A stretch of DNA of 64,000 bases from Selaginella moellendorffii (lineage: Eukaryota; Plantae; Lycopodiophyta). A program made the translations under genes and the position numbers. The DNA lies in the NCBI RefSeq assembly GCF_000143415.4, contig NW_003314262.1, positions 5,411,876 to 5,475,875 on the forward strand, written 5' to 3'. The notes under the pieces were generated by a model. That model worked only from the letters and a program-made list of their open reading frames with translations. It was not told the origin of the DNA and did no database searches. The stretch's first letter is position 1. Each line of letters starts with the position of its first letter. Shown here one piece after another: positions 60,621 to 64,000 of the stretch.

Positions 60621-61849
60621 AGGTGAGAATCATGTCAAATTTTCTAGTTGTTGATTTATAAACTTACCAGCCCCTTCCTCGTGTTCGTTCTTTTTTACAT
60701 GAAATTTTCATTCGTTTTCTTTAGCCTGACTCAAATGGCCGGATTGCCAGAACAGCCAGCATATTGTGGAAGTGAGAGTTCGAAGTTGGTCTTTTTCTGT
60801 AATTTTCTGACGAGAAGCTTGCAACAACATGATAATCTGTAACACAGCTTATCATGTGTTAGATGTGTATTCCAAGTTCAAGTTTGTTGTGTATATTGTG
60901 TTGTGTGTGTGTGTGTGTGCCATTTAATAATGACATTATCTTTATCTTTATAACTTCACAAAGAGAAAGCTCTAAATAGCAGAAGGAGATATAGACTTCT
61001 AAATTAGTTTGTTGTGTGTTAATCTATAATTTATATGTAAAGGATGGGAGAAATTTATTATAAATGTTAATGGGTAGAAATTATATTTTATCATTTAATA
61101 ATTAAGTTACCTAGAAAATTAACTTTGATGCACCTTTCTTAAGTTCAAAGAATTTATATAAATAAGATTCATTTTTGAACTTGTTTTTGTCAGAAATCAA
61201 AAGAATTAGGAAATAGCACAAAATGCAAAAAAAAGAGGCTAACTGTAACATTAGCTTCCTTAACAATTGATTTTTTATATTTAATTGAATTAAAAAAGTT
61301 TTTTATATGTTTATTATTTTTTCTCTCTATACTTATAATTTAATATTAAAATATGTATAATATAATATTGCAAGACCGAGATCTTTTAATACATTAATAC
61401 TTGATAATATTAAAAGTACCAACATTATTCCTTATATAACATACATTAAAATTTTATGTGTAAAATCACACTCTATAATTTATAAAGTTATTGAAATCCT
61501 TAAATTAAAGTTATTATTAACTTCTTATAGCACTTAAATATTTTATTTCCTTTTAAAATAAAATGCAAATATATCAAACATTTTGTTACTATTTATTTTG
61601 GTGTGAAAATCATCTGGTTTTTCTTCTATCTTAAGCATTAACAAATTTAATTCTTAATTAATATGAATAAAAACTAATGTTTTAAATGACTACTATAAAT
61701 CTAGCATTTCACAAAAAATAACTATAAAGTAAGACTATATTGTTAAATTAAAATATTATGGTTTAATTGTGCAATATATAGTTTATAAGTATAGTTCTTT
61801 AATCACTTAAATCATAATACAATATATTCTATTAAAAGAGTACATACAA

Positions 61850-64000
61850 TAATGAGTTAGAGCATCTCACCTTTACAATGCAATGGCAGCTCAAGGGACA
61901 AGCATTCTCAACACAAAGTGTACTCATAGGTATGGCACTGCTAGTTCTTCCCTACTGTGAGCTGCAAGGGGAATTCTAGCAGATTAGAAGCAATCTTAGA
62001 GCTGCTTCTCCAGCAAGTTGGTGCATTGTCATTACATTTATCCAACACTTTTTTTCACCATCAAACTTTGCAGTAAGAAGCACAGAATCTAAATCCAGTG
62101 CTTTGTTAAAGACTCATAGTGAGTCTTAAAGAGGGATGCCAGAATGCATGTTATTACTTTCTTCCTCACATAAGTGTCTTTTGCTGTTCAAACTAGTTCA
62201 CTCTAACTCTTGTTCTTGATCACTTAATGCTGGGATTGATCGAGGTTGATTGAGGGAGTCTGAGGTGCTGGAGAAAATTCCAACTATGTTTATGTGAAGT
62301 TCACAAGCTGGCTATCTGCAAACCATAGTCATGGCTCTCAAGGTAAACAAAAGAGGTTTAATCTTTTTCTTTCATGCACTAGCCAAGGAAACTTCTCTCC
62401 AGGTTGAGAACATCTCCTCACCAGGATGAAGGAGCAAGTGGAGCAGAATCTCATCACTTACAACACTGTTGTAACTAGCTCCAATGGTATCTTTAACTGA
62501 ATCTTTTCATGCAGATGTGTCCAGCTGGATCTCATCAAGCACAACATGCTCCTCTAGAGCCTCGTGATTTACTGCAAAGTGAGCAACACATGGATAGAAA
62601 TATCCAGAGCCAAGAGCTGTGCAGAGCTTCAATATAGAATGAGAGTCTAACAGTTGGGATGTCATCAAAAGCGCATGCAACACATGCTTTTCCACTTCTT
62701 GTCATCTTGTGACAAGGGACAAGGGAGTTTGATCATTGTAAATGGCAAGTACTTCTTGCTTCTTAAATAATGGGAGCTTGATCATTGAAAATGGAAGGAC
62801 AATGCATGTTTGGAAGCCATCGGAGGATGTCCTCAAGTCTCTACTAGAAGGAGGCAGTGACCAAGAGGACTAGCCTTTCCTAGTCCCTATTGCAGGTCTA
62901 GGACTCATTCGAAGATGAGCTAGTGCACTTGTCTCGTGTGGGAGCCAAAGTAGCACACTCCTGCCTTGAGTTGGAGGATGTTCACACCTCGCATAGAGCT
63001 ACGAGTTGGAGTATTATCACATTTGGACACTATTTTGGCACTAAAGGCACGTTGGTGGTGGAGTGCTCCATGGCTTCAAGCTTCGTGGTGGAGTCACCAG
63101 GGAGGCAGACAGCCCATGAGCAATGTCAGGTGTTCGTGCTCATAGTTTCACTAGTTGCTCTAAGAGTGCGCTCTCAATGTTGTTTTGATCCCTTTGGGAC
63201 TGAGGTAATGTATATACATGTTCAGTGATCTCAGGCAGTGGTGGAAGGTACCCAGTACCATGGCTGCTGTGATCGGAGGTGCAGCCAAAGGTAGAAGAGC
63301 ACTTAGGGGAGAGCATGCAATCTCCCTACACTTGCTACCATCAGCAAGGGCATGTGCTGTGAGATTCAGGGAAGCATCATTCCCCTTTTTTTGCTTTTGT
63401 TGTGTACTCACTCTCTTGTTAGCAGCATAGAGAGCAGCCGCAAGGGAGTCATAGCATCAATTTGGGCTCCCAAGGTTGTGGAGTGCAAGGTAGGGACCTC
63501 AGCATTCGGCTCCCACGAGGAGGACTGTTGCAAGGTTGGGGTCTTGGAGCATGCATGGTAGCAAGCCAAGACAGGAAACGGCCCTTTGTATTAATAGCCA
63601 TAACACTGCTGCATAAGGCAGCAAGTGAGCCACACAAAGCAGCAGCCTAATAGGATGAGAACTGTGAGATAGAAGTGGTGGACATTTCTAGTTTGGGAGA
63701 TGGCCAGGTCCTGGAAAAAGCTGGAAGTGTAAGCCATACTAGAGGTGAAGTGTCCATTGAGAGTGGAGATGAGGACGAAGCTACCTCCCCCCACCCACTT
63801 GCATGGTCACTAGCTGGAGTGCAGGAGCTTCATGAGAGTCTCAGGCTAGTCACAACTCAGGAAGGCTTGCGGGGAATCATCCCAAGCACTTTTGCAGCTA
63901 AAGGGATTCACAAGGATGGATGTTTCACAGAAGCGCAGGAGCAGTGCACCAAGATCAGGTCAGGAGTCACCACTAGAGCGGTGGCATGTGCAGCAGCAGC
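61850..64000 (-). mobile_element. Decayed transposon-like sequence, possibly LINE ORF2
   Basis: Coding-like composition broken by many stops; only faint motif echoes. Confidence 0.25.

Noticed and set aside
60895-60920. (GT)n microsatellite
   Set aside because: An ordinary short repeat.

Overview
Eukaryotic plant nuclear DNA. The very short introns (about 50-70 bp), compact spacing and intronless PPR genes built from 31-aa S/SS motifs suggest the lycophyte Selaginella; this is inference from style, not a database match. Bases 1-32.4 kb are gene-dense: Mfd/TRCF helicase, DUF482/FemAB-like GNAT, a probable miRNA gene, SAC3/GANP, three PPR genes, a conserved unknown gene, VPS25, GDP-mannose 3,5-epimerase, a UBZ-AlkB dioxygenase with a partial duplicate, tRNA-Gly(GCC), an NPH3/BTB gene, a GT61 glycosyltransferase and cytosolic pyruvate kinase. 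Bases 32.4-57 kb are an AT-rich repeat island. It holds a Ulp1-type protease pseudogene interrupted by a young non-autonomous LTR retrotransposon (35998-43688, TSD CACGA), an inverted partial copy of that gene bracketed by inverted PPR fragments, telomere-like repeats, a small gene with an FGKHxG domain and a lectin fragment. A BAH-TFIIS (AIPP3-like) gene at 57.4-60 kb is followed by decayed sequence. The main candidates for follow-up are a duplicated, covarying structured-RNA array with tRNA T-loop-like hairpins inside the protein-dead retroelement, the miRNA hairpin, and a hairpin-ACA element directly behind the tRNA. All alignments and folds were done by eye.
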